Shown one piece after another: positions 25,431-39,084 of a stretch of DNA of 64,000 nucleotides. The DNA comes from Felis catus (lineage: Eukaryota). Under the pieces are notes generated by a model. It saw nothing but the letters and a program-made list of their open reading frames with translations. It was not told the origin of the DNA and did not search any database. Made by a program: the position numbers and the translations under genes. Position 1 is the first letter of the stretch. Every line of letters starts with the position of its first letter. The stretch lies in contig NC_058382.1 in the NCBI RefSeq assembly GCF_018350175.1, forward strand, positions 49,292,001 through 49,356,000, in the 5' to 3' direction.

Positions 25431-26830
25431 AATGTGTTGCTTAACTGTAAAGGGAGTAGTACAGGTTACTTTAAATAATACTTTACCTAAAAGCCCCTCC
25501 GTTTTGACAAATCGGTGGATGTCATTATTTGATATAACTGAGTTAACAATGACCTTAAAGGTACTTTTGTGTTCAAGGAACACAGGTGGCACAATTAAAT
25601 TATTGCACCATCGTGTTTTTTGCATGTAGGCTCGTTCTTTTTCAATGGTCTCTCACCCATACGTGTGAGGAAATGGGAGGGTAGAAGGTAAGAAGCTAAA
25701 GGGCAGAGGGCATCCACCTGAGCCAACAAGATGAATACCCAAGAACAGAATCCAGGTCACATCCTGCCCACTCATGACCTGCTAGTTGTGGGAAAGTAGT
25801 CCTGAGTGAGAGCCGTGGCTTTTCAACTGAAACTTGTCATGAGAGACACTTACTTCATTTCTCCGTGGCTATTTCTTTACCTGAAAAATATCAGTAAGAA
25901 TGAGAAACTTGACCAGGGGACACTTTTCACATTTATCTGGAGTTCTAAGTTCGATTTGTATATACACAAGTGTGGAAAGGGCTTGATGGGGTAGCTACAG
26001 AAACACAACGTAGAGTACAGAACCCAATAAGCTCTTAACAGGCAGCGGGAAGATGAGCCGTGATCGAAGTTGAGGCTAGGGAAGTGTTGCCAAACTCAGA
26101 AAGACTGGTAAGGATGAAGTGTGAAAGATGACCAGAATATACGATGACCTGGGTCCAGACATTTATAATTAAGTCCAGTTCACAGATGCGGACTTGAGAG
26201 CCAGACTGAGAAAAGCCAGAACCGGTCCATGTGTGGACCCAAGCTCCCCAGTTCTGGCTGCCCTTCTTGGCCACTTGCCCTGAACCACTCTCGTGGGGCC
26301 ATGGCATGTTTGAGAAGCTTACTCAGCTCTCCTTAAGTGGCTAAGTGAGTTTGCAGTCCTGGAAAGGCATAAATAATAAACATATGCATGATGAGGAAAT
26401 AGAGTTTTGATATAAACTGTCAATCCTGGTGTGAAAAGTTGTATGCTTGTGCTTTTTTTTTATAGGGCTTCATTCATTCAGTTTTCAATGGTTTGAAACA
26501 TTTCAGACAATCTGATATACTAGAGAATTTGACATGTAATTTTAATTGTAATCCTAAGGAAGATTTAACTAATTAAGTGTGCAGTCGACATTTAAATGCA
26601 GAGGAGTTCTGATTTTTCCAAATGTATAAGTTTGGTTTTTAACATATAGAAGTGCATTAAGATTTTTATCTTACTAAATGTAAATTTTGATTTATTGGAT
26701 AAAAGTTATCTAAATCCCTAGCAAAACTGTATAATTGGATTTGTAAGGCTTTTCTCTTGGGTGCCTACAAAATTCAGACTTAAGGAAAGAGCTTAACTTT
26801 CCTACATAAAGCATACAGAAGAATAAGTTC

Positions 26831-27268
26831 TTTTTTTTTTTTTTTAATGTTTATCCATTTATTTTGAGAGAGAGCAAGTGCGTTCATGGGAGCAGGGGAG
26901 GGGCAGAGAGAGAAGGAGAGAGAGAACAATTTGTGCAGAGCCTGATGTGGGGAGTGATCCCACAAACTATGAGATCATGATCCAAGCCAAAACCAAGAGC
27001 CGCCCAAATGACTGAGCCACCTAGGCACCCTAAGAATAAGTTCTTTTTTTTTTAATGACCTACTCTTTTCACTTATTTTTATTTTTTTAAGTTCATTTAT
27101 TTATTTTGAGAGAGAGTGCAAGCGGTGGAGGGGCAGAGAGAGAGGGAGAGAGAATCTGCGCTGTCAGCACGGAGCCCAGTGCAGGGCTGGAACTCACAAA
27201 CCTTGAGATCATGACCTGAGCCAAAATCAAGAGTCAGACACTTAACCCGCTGAGCCCCTCTGGCGCCA
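26831..27268 (-). mobile_element. Two tandem Can-SINEs sharing a triplicated target site
   Basis: AAGAATRAGTTCTTT at 26819, 27032 and 27270. Confidence 0.9.
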
Positions 27269-27589
27269 CAAGAATGAGTTCTTTATAGAAGAATACCAGC
27301 CACTGAATTCAGAAGGAACGACAGACTTGGAAAGGCATCATGCTGCAAACCTTAATAAAGCAGTGATTTGGGGCAATGACTCTCACCCGCCAGAATCAGC
27401 AGTGAAAAGCTCAAGAGTTATGTTGACAAAGGATACATCTGGCAAAACCTAAGTCCATAGATCGATCATTCTTCACATCACAAAAAGAGAAACGACCAGT
27501 TATTATGTGTCTCCTGATGCAAGTACACACCACTATATTGAATGAATTCTTGCCATAAAAGCAAACCTGAATGTAATCAAACCTCTAGA

Positions 27590-27648
27590 TTACAGTTGCC
27601 AAATTTAGCAAATAAAAATACAAGACGACCAAATACTGCATGGAGCAT

Positions 27649-27686
<38 letters not shown>

Positions 27687-27744
27687 ATTCACTGTTGAAA
27701 TTCAAATTTAACTGAGTGTCCTGTATTTTCTCTGGAAAACCTAC
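27590..27744. mobile_element. MER53-like palindromic MITE with internal (CA)n, inside old L1 remnants
   Basis: GTTGCCAAATTTAGCAAATAAAAATACA...GAAATTCAAATTTAACTGAGTGTCCTGTATTTT..CTGGAAAACCTA. Confidence 0.7.
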
Positions 27745-28100
27745 ACAGCTCTGTCTACCTACTGGTTTACAGGAAATACATAGGCATGCAATCAACAAAA
27801 TCTAGAATGTAGAAAATTCTACAGGACAAATATCCTTCAACAAATAAATTGTGGAGCAACAAGAGGGGATTTTTTGCTAACTGGAAGAAAAAAATGATTT
27901 GTTCTTTGACAGGTAAATTGCAAGAATGGAAAAGAGTGGAAACCTATAGATCCTTTAGATTCAAAGAGACTGAGAGGCATAGCAATGAATTTAATGTATG
28001 GACTCTGGATCCTGATTTGAATAAACATTTGTGACACAGTTTAGGAAATTTGAATGCTAACTGAATATTTAGGAATTATTGTTAAAAGTTTTAAGTGTCA

Positions 28101-28720
28101 AGGCGCCTCGCTGGCTCAGTTGGTAGAGCTTACCACTCTTGATCTCGGGGGTCGTGGGCACAGAATTTACTTAAACATTTTTATTATCTTTTTAATGTTT
28201 TTTTATTTATTTAGAGAGACGGAATGAGGGGCAAAGAGAGGGGGGAGAGAGAATCCTAAGCAGGCTCTGTACCGTAGACACAGAGAGTGACCGCGGGCTC
28301 AATCTCACGAATCCTGAGATCATGACCTGAGTGGAAACCGAGAGTCAGTTGCATAACCGACTAGGCCACCCAGGCGCCCCTACTTACAAAAAATTTTTTA
28401 AGTGTCATAGCTGTGCTTCACAGAACAATACTGACCTCCTGAAATACATACTGAGGTCCTATGAATGAAATGATACGATGTCCCAGATTTGCTTCAAAAT
28501 AACCCTGGGGCAAGTGGGAAGGGAAAGAGGCTGGAATGAAATGACATCAGCAGGTGCTAACAGGTGTTGAAGCTGGGTGGGAAATGGTTCTTCATAGCAT
28601 ATGATTTTGGGGTGCCTGGCTGGCTCAGTTGGTAGAGCTTGTAACCCTGGAGTTTGAGGTTGTGAGTTTGAGTCCCATGGTGGATACAGAGATTACATTA
28701 AAAAATTAAAATCTTAAAAA
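28101..28720. mobile_element. Can-SINE cluster (short + at ~28101, full - at ~28190-28380, short + at ~28609-28720) in old L1 sequence
   Basis: tRNA-like heads GGCTCAGTTGGTAGAGC; SINE tail and head. Confidence 0.8.
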
Positions 28721-29324
28721 TTATACAAATATACCACATGATCTTTGTATATATTTGAAAAATTGTTGAAAGTTTTTAAAAGGGGTGTTTAAGAAAAACT
28801 GAGGCTTACATGTAGAACTTAAACAAAATATTAAGGCACATATATAAATTTGCATGCCTTCATAATAATTGAAAGGAATGATAAATTTAAATTACAATTT
28901 AGTGAAAATAAATGTGCTATTGTTTCCCCTATCTGTCAACAGACTCCTTGAATCCACCCAGAGGCTCCTCTGGAACCTGAGGATCCACAGATTTCGGATT
29001 AAGAACTCCAAAATCAGCATAACAAAAAAAGGTCTTGGAGGTTCCCAAGAATAGCACTGAAAGGTAGGCGGGGAGGGTCTGCTTAAAGATGGGGGGCTAC
29101 GGGGAAGAAACATTAGCGAAACAGAAAAATTTATGCCCCACAGTCTTTAATTCCACAAAGGCTAGAAAATATACATGAAGGCAGAAGCCTCAAGATGTAA
29201 TTAGCAATTAGTGACAAAACCTGAAAATAGTAAGAGCGTGATTGGTGCACTTTCACACTTGGTTAGAACGTTTTAGCAAATATTTACAAATCCTTTCTCA
29301 CAATATTTAAGCTTTGATACCACA

Positions 29325-29600
29325 ACTCATGTATGATACCATTGATAGATACACGTCATTATATATTTCTCCAAACTCCAGAGAGTGTACAACAGCAAGA
29401 GTAGCCCTAAGGTAAACCAGGGACCTTGGGTGACAACTGTGTGTCAGTGCTGGGTTCATCGACTGTAATGAATGAACCATTCTGGTGGGGGATGTGGATA
29501 ACGGAGAGGCTGTGACTGTGTAGGGCAGGAGGTAAACGGGAACCCTCTATACTTTCGATTCAACTTTGCTGTGAACCTAAAATTAAAAATAAAGCCTTAA
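29325..29600 (+). mobile_element. L1MC-like 3' end
   Basis: TCTGGTGGGGGATGTGGATAA...TTTGCTGTGAACCTAAAA. Confidence 0.7.
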
Positions 29601-29604
29601 ACAA

Positions 29605-29860
29605 TTTTCTTTTACATTTATTCATTTTTGAGAGACAGAATGAGACAGAGCACCAGCAGGGGAGGGGCAGAGAGAGCAGGAGACACAGTATCTGAAGCAG
29701 GCTCCAGGCTCTGGGCTGTCAGCACAGAGCCCGACGCGGGACTCAAACCCTCCTCGAACCGTGAGATCATGACTTGAGCCGAAGTCAGTCACCTAACCGA
29801 CTGAGCCACCCAGGTGCCCTGCCTATTTTTTTTTTTTTATGTTTATTTATTTTTGAGAGG

Positions 29861-29892
<32 letters not shown>

Positions 29893-30027
29893 CAGAATCC
29901 AAACCAGGCTCCAGGCTCTGAGCTGTCAGCACAGAGCCTGACACAGGGCTTGAACTCATGAACCTGAGGCTCGAGATCATGACCTGAGCTAAAGTCGGAC
30001 GCATAACGGACTGAGCTACCCAGGCCC
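29605..30027 (-). mobile_element. Two tandem Can-SINEs followed by poly(T) 30036-30072
   Basis: Heads end at ~29819 and ~30027. Confidence 0.88.
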
Positions 30028-30032
30028 TCCAA

Positions 30033-30075
<43 letters not shown>

Positions 30076-30321
30076 TGAGGTATCACTGCCTATCTTGGTC
30101 TGCTTGCCGTTCTCAGGTAACCAGTTATCAGTTTAACACATGTCCTTCCAGAATGTTTCCTACATATTTATAGACACATATATGCACCACATATTTATAG
30201 GTACATACATGACAGCTTCCCTGCTGTCATCTGACTGGTAAGTGACCCCTTGAGTAAAGGTTAAGCGATCATTAAGGTACTGATTGATAATACTCTGTGA
30301 CCCTCTTATACAATATCTGGT

Positions 30322-30359
<38 letters not shown>

Positions 30360-30399
30360 ATAAAATGACTTCTTAAGGATAAGAATAACTACAAAGATG

Positions 30400-31020
30400 C
30401 TAAGAATTTGGTTTAGTAGATAAAAACTTGGTTCGCTATTTGCAAGTGGCATTAACCTGACAAAATCTGTTGTAATCTTGGGTGAGACCCTGATGTCTAA
30501 AGGCTGGCCTGTGTGCTCAGCAAGGTCCTGCTGTAACATTGAACATAAACACCTGCATAGAACGTCAGCATCAGAGAGGGCCACTCTGAGGCCAGGATGG
30601 CGCAAGACAAAAACAATAGCACTTGGGACTTACACCTGAACACAGATAAAACCCAAACAGCATCAAGCCACGAACTACAAAGTACCCCCCCTCTCTCAGC
30701 CAGTATGAGCAGAGGCTGCTGCTGCTTTACCTGTAACAGCTGTAGCCTCTCTCTGGTCTCCCGTCCTATAATTAAGTTTTATTAATGTATCTAATCATAG
30801 AACTATCCTTGCTTCTGACAGGAATATGATATCCAACTGAGAGCAAACCTTCACTTCCATGAACCTAACAGCAAATCACCTAACACCAGTGCGAATCCCG
30901 TAATGACGTCCCACCGTCTCACAGAGCGGCCCCGCAGGGACCACGGTGAGGTTCTCCCTCTCTGCAAGGAGGAATAAAGCCAGCTTGCTTACCTACAGGT
31001 CTGGTCCTGGTGGTCTTCAG
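30400..31020 (+). mobile_element. Probable solo ERV1-class LTR
   Basis: LTR-like composition with AATAAA at ~30972 followed by a U5-like GGTGGTCTT end; family not determined. Confidence 0.45.
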
Positions 31021-31067
31021 CCTCACAAGGCTTTTTTTTCTTGAAAACGTTTAAAACAGTAGATCCT

Positions 31068-31245
31068 GAAGTTCCTGGTTGGCTCAGTCGGTTAAGCGTT
31101 GGACTCTTGATTTCGGCCCAGGTCGTCATCTCGCAGTTAACGGGATTTAGCCCGGAATTGGGCTCCGTGCCGACAGCGTAGAGCCTGCTTGGGATCCTCT
31201 CTCTCCCTTTCTGTTTCTCTCCCAAAATAAATAAACAAACTTTAA
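31068..31245 (+). mobile_element. Can-SINE
   Basis: TSD-like TAAAA(A)CAGT; head and A tail. Confidence 0.85.
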
Positions 31246-31924
31246 AAACAGTGTGTCCTGCCCTCCAATTCTCATAGATCAACCCTCATCAATGATTGCT
31301 TCCCACAGTGGATTTAGTGATCACCTCCCCAGTATCTATTTTCCATTTCTGTTGGTATCTATCACCAGTTTCATTCTTTCGGGTAACCATCCCCACTCAG
31401 CCTACCCGTTCAACTCATTGGCTACCAGGAGCCTTAGAGACTCGGGTCCTCTACATGGCCAGTGAAGACCACCTCTCATGGGGAGCCACCGGGACCACAC
31501 TGCAGGCGCCTCTCCTGTGGCTGGGAGGACCCAGGTCCTTACCACACCCAGCGGCCCAAGAGCCTCACAGCTACGCAGCATAGGAGAGGCAGGTGAACCG
31601 GGGCTGGAAATGATTATTATTTCATGTTTAAATGTGTCTGCGTGCAGTTTTTTGTTTGATAAAATTGGAATTCTAACCTAAGTTCTTTATCATGTCTTTT
31701 TTACTTAGTGTATTACCATTTGCCCCAAATTGCTCCAAATTTCTTGAATTCAAATTTCTTGGGACAGACCTCAGCTAGCCCGTGTGAGGTAAATCTCTTT
31801 TTTTGCTCTTTATATTCAATTTTGGAGACTATTTTAGACGAGTCAAGTTTTCTTGGGTGCCATTGTTATTGGAAGGACTATGTAATATATACAATGTCAG
31901 CATTTTTTAGGGAAGGACTTTTAA

Positions 31925-32140
31925 GGGGCGCCTGGGTGGCTCAGTCAGTTACGCGTCCGACTTCAGCTTGGGTCATGATCTCACGGGTTGGTTCGTGAGT
32001 TTGAACCCTGCATCAGGCTCCTTGCTGACAGCTCAGAGCCTGGAGCCTGCTTTGGATTCTGTGTCTCCCTCTCTCTCTGCGCCTCCCCTGCTTGCGCTCT
32101 GTCTCTCTCGAAAATAAACAAACATTAAAAAATAAATAAA
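31925..32140 (+). mobile_element. Can-SINE
   Basis: Canonical head, (CT)n, A tail. Confidence 0.9.
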
Positions 32141-33379
32141 TATGCTTTTAATTGTCACTACCTATTACCTAAGCTATTAACCTTAAAATAATGATGACAT
32201 CTGCTTACTTTGGACCACAGTGCTATTGCATCTGAAATGGAAAACACACTCATAAAATTTTTTTCGTGATAAATCTGTTCAATAGAACTTTAGAGGCATA
32301 AGCACATATTCTTTGGGTGTGGGCTTTTCTGACCCATATAAACATGTTGCCTCACTTACAGCTGTCCCATTTAAAACGAAATTGAGGGACTCAAGTGCTT
32401 TGCACCTAGCTATTTCTAACACACAAAATTCTTCTCAGTCAGGCACTGAGTAGCCAGCAAAAACTTCTCTTTTTATATTTAAAAAAAAAAGTTGCTTATT
32501 TGTTTGCTTCTGGCAAGGAATACTTGTAACATTTAATATTATATTAAATCAATTAATATTATATTAACTTAATGTTAAAATACTAATTTTCTTACATTAA
32601 AGAGTCAAAGCATAGCAAGTAAGCAAAGCATTTTTTACACAGTAAAAAATCAGTACAAAAAATTAAAAATAAAACATAAAACTCTTTTATCACCCCCAAA
32701 ACCCTTCCAGGCCTATTCTCCAGAAAAAATTCTTATTAACAGTGTATGCTTCCATTTATAAGTGTACATGTATACATTATTCTTCAAAAAACCAGAAACA
32801 GGACCACACTTTATACACAGTTTGGGTGTTTTTCCACTTAATATATATGGCAGCACATATAATCTGTGTCCATGTATTTACAAGGGTGCATAATATTCCA
32901 TTGTATGCACATACCACAGTTTATATAATTCGGCCCCTATTGATGAACAGTCAGGTGGTTTCATTTTTTCTGCTAGGATAAACAATGGGAAAGTGAACAT
33001 TTTCATACTAATGTTTTTGTGCATTTGTGTAAGCGCATCTGTGCAATAAATCCCTACTGATAAAATGGAGTCAAAGGGTTGGGTATCGGACCATTTGAGA
33101 GCTATTGCCAAATTGTTTTCTAAGAAGGCAGGGCGAGTTAACACCCCTACCTGCAGTATATGACATATACCGCATGCTGGCCAACGCTGGTTTTTTAGCT
33201 TTTTTTTTTATCTTCGCCAGTCTGATGCGTGGGAAATGGTATGTTCTATGTGTGCCTGAGTTTTTAACCAGTACACAATGAGTGCGAGGTTACTGCCATT
33301 TCTGCGTGGGGTGACCCGATTAAATAAAATCAGGGTGGTAACAGGGATGGAAGCTATTTCAAAAGTTTATCCTTATTTA

Positions 33380-33578
33380 GAGGCACCTGGGTGGCTCAGG
33401 TGGTTAATCATCTGACTTCAGTTCAGGTCATGATCTCACAGTTCGTGAGTTCAAGTCCCCCATCACGCCTCCGGCTGTCAGCACAGAGTCTGCTTGGGAT
33501 CCTCTGTCCCCTTCTATCTCTGCCCCTCCCCCCTTGCATGCTCTGTCGCTTTCAAAAATAAAATAAACATTTAAAAAA
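33380..33578 (+). mobile_element. Can-SINE
   Basis: TSD AAAAAGTTTATCCT. Confidence 0.9.
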
Positions 33579-33984
33579 AGTTTATCCTGATTTCTACGAA
33601 TGAGTGGTTGCCTTTGCAGCCTACATTGGAAAGATTAATTATATGCTGAGCAGGGCTTCTGTGTCACTTTCAGATTATTCCTTGATCTTAAAAGGTCAAG
33701 CTAAGAATTAAAGGGAACTACTACCCTGATAACATAAGAAATAATCACAATTTTGATTCCGTTATTTAGAAATAGCAGCACATGTCATTTGTAATCTTGA
33801 CAATGACAAATCCATATTGTGGATTTATGTGAAACAGGTGGTCTCAAGAACAGGCTAAATAGAAAAATGGGTGTAGTAATTCTTCAAGCTTTTCTTTACC
33901 TCTTATGAACAGTTTTGAAAGCAATCTATTAGGGCCACTGGGAGGAATTTTAAATCCCTTCTTGAAATACATGTAAATAATCTT

Positions 33985-34435
33985 TTTTATTTTAGAAGGG
34001 TTTTAGATTTACAGAAAAATTGAAAGATGGTACAGACAGTTCCCATATACCCCACGCTCAGTTTCCCCATTTATTAACACTTGTCCCCCAATCAGTTGTT
34101 CCCCACTATCATTTTTCTGTTCCAGGATCCCATTCAGGATCCCACATTACATTCAGCTGTCATGTCTCCTTTGGCTCCACTTGGCTGTGATAGTTTTTCT
34201 GACTTTCCTTGTTTTCGATGACCTTGACAGTTTTGAGTACTGGCCAGGTCTTTTGTAGAATGTCCCTCAGTTGGGATTTGTCTGATGTTGTTCTCATGAT
34301 TCGACTGGGCTTAGGGATTTGAGGGGGGAAGACCCTAGAGGTAAATGCCCCGTTCATCCACCATGTCAACTGTCATATCACACTGTCAACATGACTCATC
34401 ACTGTTGCTGTTGATCTCTATCACCTGGCTGAGTG
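33985..34435 (-). mobile_element. L1MC/L1MD-like 3' fragment
   Basis: TTTTAGATTTACAGAAAAATTG...GTAGAATGTCCCTCAGTTGGGATTTGTCTGATG. Confidence 0.7.
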
Positions 34436-34677
34436 AAATCCATTTATAAACTTCCTGTGTTGACATAACCAAGGTTACAGTGATGAGTTGAGTCTTGAGT
34501 ATTTCCAAAGTACATTGTGCCGGCAAGGCTGAGTATTAGGGAGCAGGAAACCCCTAATTCTCTTGGGGACCCTGCCAAGGGAGTGGAGAGAACGCTATGC
34601 CAGACTACAATGAAGTTCGAAGCAATATTGGAAATTTATAAATACAATTGTTCAAAATAACCCCAGTGAGGGAAGTA

Positions 34678-35591
34678 CAGTAGCCTTCCCTTATTGGCAG
34701 GGCATACATTCTCAGACCCCCAGTGGATGCCTGAAACCACGCATAGAAATGAACCGTGTGTACTGTGTTGTGTTTTTTACAAACACTATAAACCACACTA
34801 TGCTTTTTCCTATGCATACGTAGCTATGATAAAGTGTAATTTATAAAGTAGACACAGTAAGAGATTAACAATAATAATTAATAATAAAATGGAAAAGGGG
34901 CGTCTGGGTGGCTCAATCAGTTAAGTGTCCGACTTCGGCTCAGGTCATGATCTTGTGGTTCGTGGGTTGGAGCCCCACAACAGGCTCTATGCTGACAGTG
35001 CAGAGCCTGGAGCCTGCTTCAGATGCTATGTCTCCTTCTCTCTGCCCCTCCCCTCTCACTCTCTCTTTCTCTCTCAAAAATAAACACACATAAAAAATAA
35101 ATAAAATAGAACAATTGTAACAATATACTGTAATAAAACTTACATGAATGTGGTCTCTCAAAATATATTTTTTTGAGAGAGAGAGCAGGGGAGGAGCAGA
35201 GAGAGAGTAGGATTCAGAGAGGCTGAATCCCAAGCAGGCTCCACACTCAGTGCTGAGCCCGACACGGGGGGCTCAATTCCACGACCTTGGGGTCATGACC
35301 TGAGCCGAAATCAAGAGTCAGATGCTCCATCGACTGAGTCACCCAGGCGCCCCTCTCTCTCAAAATATCTTAACTGTACCGTACTCGCCCCTCTTGTGAT
35401 AATGGGAGATGATAAGGTGCCTACGTGACGAGATGAAGGAGGTGAATGACGTGGGTGTTGTGAGGCAGTGACAGGCTACTGTTGACCTTCTGACCATACA
35501 TCAGAAGGAGGAAGCGTTGCTCCTGGATGGGAGTCGACCGTGGGGAGCTGAGACCACGGAAAGTGAAACAGCAGATAAGGGGGGACGACTG
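34678..35591. mobile_element. Tigger2a-like Tc1/mariner non-autonomous element with both ends and two nested SINEs (34897-35107 +, 35165-35352 -)
   Basis: TA|CAGTAGCCTTCCCTTAT ... ATAAGGGGGGACGACTG|TA: imperfect TIRs with a TA TSD. Confidence 0.8.
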
Positions 35592-35967
35592 TACTGGTAC
35601 TCACGCTCTGCAGAGGAGAAAACCGAGGCACGGCGCCAAGGATACAGGCGAGATGCGCCGGAGACCACGCGGCCTGGGCACAGGGTCCAAGTTCAGACCA
35701 CTGGGTGCAGAGCCTTGCCAATGCTCTCACTAGTCTTAACTTGCATTTCCCAGACTATTAGTGAGACTGGATTATCTTTCCTTTGGTTTATCAGCCAATG
35801 GACTTCTTTTCAAGAATTCTGTTTGGACAAGGGATACAAAGGAGGACCCCAGGGGGACATACAGGGTGAGAGCCAAAGTCAGAGCTGCCAGAGACACGGA
35901 GGCGTGGCGCCCGTGCTGGTGCCAGCAGCTGACTAATTTCAGGGCACAATTTCGGTTATGTCCCTGG

Positions 35968-36103
35968 GCTGGGCTTGCCAGATTCAGCACAAAAAAAAAA
36001 CAAGATTCCCGCTTAAATCTGAACTTCAGATTAACCACAAATAAGCATGTTCTGACTGAAATTCAAATTTGCCTGGGCATCCAGTATCTTATCTGGCAAC
36101 CTA
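35968..36103. mobile_element. MER53-like palindromic MITE
   Basis: TTGCCAGAT...ATCTGGCAA inverted ends; internal CTGAAATTCAAATTT. Confidence 0.7.
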
Positions 36104-37699
36104 CCCTCTGGCTACGGTGGCGCCCTCCACCCCCAGGCCTGATGTCCTAGCCCACCTGGAGCTTCTGTGACTTAACTTCTCTTTCATAAATCTCTTCCCT
36201 GCTTCAAAAAGCTATGCAAGAGTCTGTCTGTCGTGTGACACGAAAACCTCTTACACTGTGACTCCATCAGTGCGGGAAGATCAGTGAAAGATCTGGAAGG
36301 TTTCAAGAAAAGATGAGAGTACACAATTCTTCACGGAAGAGAAAAGCACTGCGTGCTTACCTCTGCAAAGTGTCTTTCCAGAGAATTCCGCTCAAGGTGT
36401 CATTATGAAACAAATTGTTAACACTTGCTTGCCTCCAGGGCTTAGGTTACAATGAACTTACGTTACACTTGAAATGCCCAGGCTTTGGAGTTAGTGACTC
36501 CTGGAATAGTTCTGCACCTTTACTTTACAGAAGAATGATTAGATTTACAGGAGTCCTGTGCCCTCTCTGCAGTCACACAGCAAAGCCGGGATGAGAAAAA
36601 AGGTCTCCATAGTCACAGACACCATCCCGACTGCTCCAAATCTGTAACCTGAAAGCCCTCCTTATAGTGCACACTAAGATGCAAGATCATAAAACAGCCA
36701 GAGTTGTGTCCCATAGTGTGTCCCTGTAAAGGGTAGCACAGTGCCTGAAACCCAACAGATACGTGTTAAGTGAATGGGTGGAAAAGTAGAGTCAGAACCA
36801 GTGGAATATCCTTTAAGAAAATACTCCGTTCAGCATTAATGTATTGAGGCACATTTTTGCAAACCCAAAGTTGATCTTGGCACAAAAGGACATCATGAAG
36901 CAGACAGAGGGAAAGACAGTGATTTTCCTTCATCAAGATTCCTATGGTTCTGGTGCAGCCTCTTAATCAATGCAAGAATCCCCTCTACGACACCCTTAGC
37001 AGGGGCTACCAACTCTTCCAGTGATGGGAACTCGCTGACTTTTGCCGAACAATGTCAAGTTCAAGTCTCCCCTGTTGTAATCCAGGAACACGCCACCCCC
37101 CTTCCCCCATCCTGCTGAAGTCACTTCTATATTTAATATCTCAGGAAGGCAGTTCTGGGCTGCCTCCCCTCGCGCTCTCACAGATTTCCTGGAACTCACC
37201 ATTGATCCAGGCAGTCCAGGCTGCGGCTTGCTTGCTCAGACCTCAGCACCCACATTCATTCCTTCTTTCACCCATCAGTCCATCCTGAACCTTACCCCTC
37301 TTCTTTCATTCCTTCGCACCCCGGTGACACAAAGTTACCGTGTGGCAAAGGGTTACCAGCAGTTGAGGTTAAGTATGGCTCAGAATGGGGAATGACTTCA
37401 AGTTGAATGTGAAGTATCACTGCTCTGAAAAACTTTTCAGCCATTCCCCACCTCAGGAAATTTCTGGGCGTGTCCCTCTGTGGAGTGAGACCTGCCGCGT
37501 TTCTCTCTTCTCCCCAAAGCTCTCCAGGGAACGTGCAAGCTCTCTCATCTGATTAGACAGGCAATTGAAGCTTTGTTTTTTGTGTCTCTTCTCTGACCTG
37601 CCCAGAGACGGCTCACCTCTCACACCCAAAGAGGCTCGTTGGGAGTTACATTATACCCATATGTGCAAGCCATTACAATCAACTGTTGTCATTTCTTCC

Positions 37700-38400
37700 T
37701 GCTATTCTTCCACGAACTTGAATGCTGTTCCCTTGCAGCCTATTTCTGTTCATCCTACTTTGGGCTTCCGGAACTACAGATTAAATCCGTCAGCCACTGA
37801 AAGTCCGTGTTTCATGTCTTCTCTTTATCTTCTCTTCATCAGGTCAAAAATTTTCCAACTTTTACAATAATTCTTCATTGTATATAGTTTCCAAACCCTT
37901 CACCACCTTGCTTATTACTTGAACTCTGTTCCTCTAAAAATGCCCAGGAATTGACCACAATGATCCATAACTGTGCCTAAACAGGACTATTACCTCCCCC
38001 CATCCAAACAATAAAGGCTGACATTTTGTTGACTTTTGGCCATAAATACACATTGTTGGCACCTACTAAACATGCAGTTAGCTAGACCCTCTAGGCCTTT
38101 TCTGTACGAACCCTGCATCCTGTACTTCTACAGCTAATTATTTCTAACTAACTGTGGATTTTGTATGTATCCTTCATAAAACTCATCTTTTTAGTCAGGA
38201 TCCATGACCATAATTTGCTGATTTTTTTTTCAAGAAGGTTATTTTCTTTTAGTCATCTCTATACCCAGCATGGGGCTCAAACTCAAGAGTCGCATGCTCT
38301 GCCGACTGAGCCAGCCAGGCGCCCTTTAAATCGTGATTTGATGCAATTATCCAATGTACGAATTACGCATCTCAGCTCTGTGTCACGGACCAATCTTAAA
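37700..38400 (-). mobile_element. L3/CR1 LINE remnant with a short Can-SINE (38222-38324)
   Basis: GTTTCCAAACCCTTCACCA...GGACTATTACCTCCC...CATCCTGTACTT match the antisense L3 consensus in order. Confidence 0.6.
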
Positions 38401-38469
38401 CAAATAAAGACGTTTTCATATAAGCCATCCATCAGGAATTGTTGTACATTCTTGCTGTTAAAGCAATGT

Positions 38470-38660
38470 GAGTGAAGTAAGTCAGGCTAACCTACAGGAA
38501 ACCTGCGTTCTAATCCCAGCTTCATTATTCAGAATGTCTGTGGGTCTCAGTCTTCCCAAATGTAAAATGCGCTGTGTTCCTGGTAGGGTTGGTGAAGGGC
38601 AATGGTGAGAGCACATAAAAAGACATACACCTGACTCCAGATTAATGTTGTTATTTTATT
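38470..38660 (+). mobile_element. MIR
   Basis: GTTCTAATCCCAGCT...GTCTCAGTCTTCCCAAATGTAAAATG. Confidence 0.55.
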
Positions 38661-39084
38661 TTCTCCTTATTTCAGCTTCTGCCTTTCTCACTGACTTCCA
38701 GATTTGATATTGGTAGAATCCTCTGCACCGCCTCACCCACCAGGCTCCTAGACTTGGTTTGACCGCATCCATCTTCCTCATTTATAAATTTTAACAAGGT
38801 TTCTCATTTAAAAACGCAATTTAAAATTAATGTTAAAAGGCCAGGTTTTAGCAATATGTGAGAAATGTTCATACTCGCGAAGGTGCAGGGCAGGATTTGA
38901 AACGACTTTTCTGATGATACATGTTTGTTCAATCACTGGATCAATCTAGGGTGAATTACATACAGGTGAGCAGATCTTCCATTTCACAAGTACAGAAACA
39001 GGTATAGGCTAGTCTGGATTAACCTTTATCCTTAACCTCATTTCAGACCGAGGAACTGAGCAGATTCTTCAAATGAGGTCTCTG

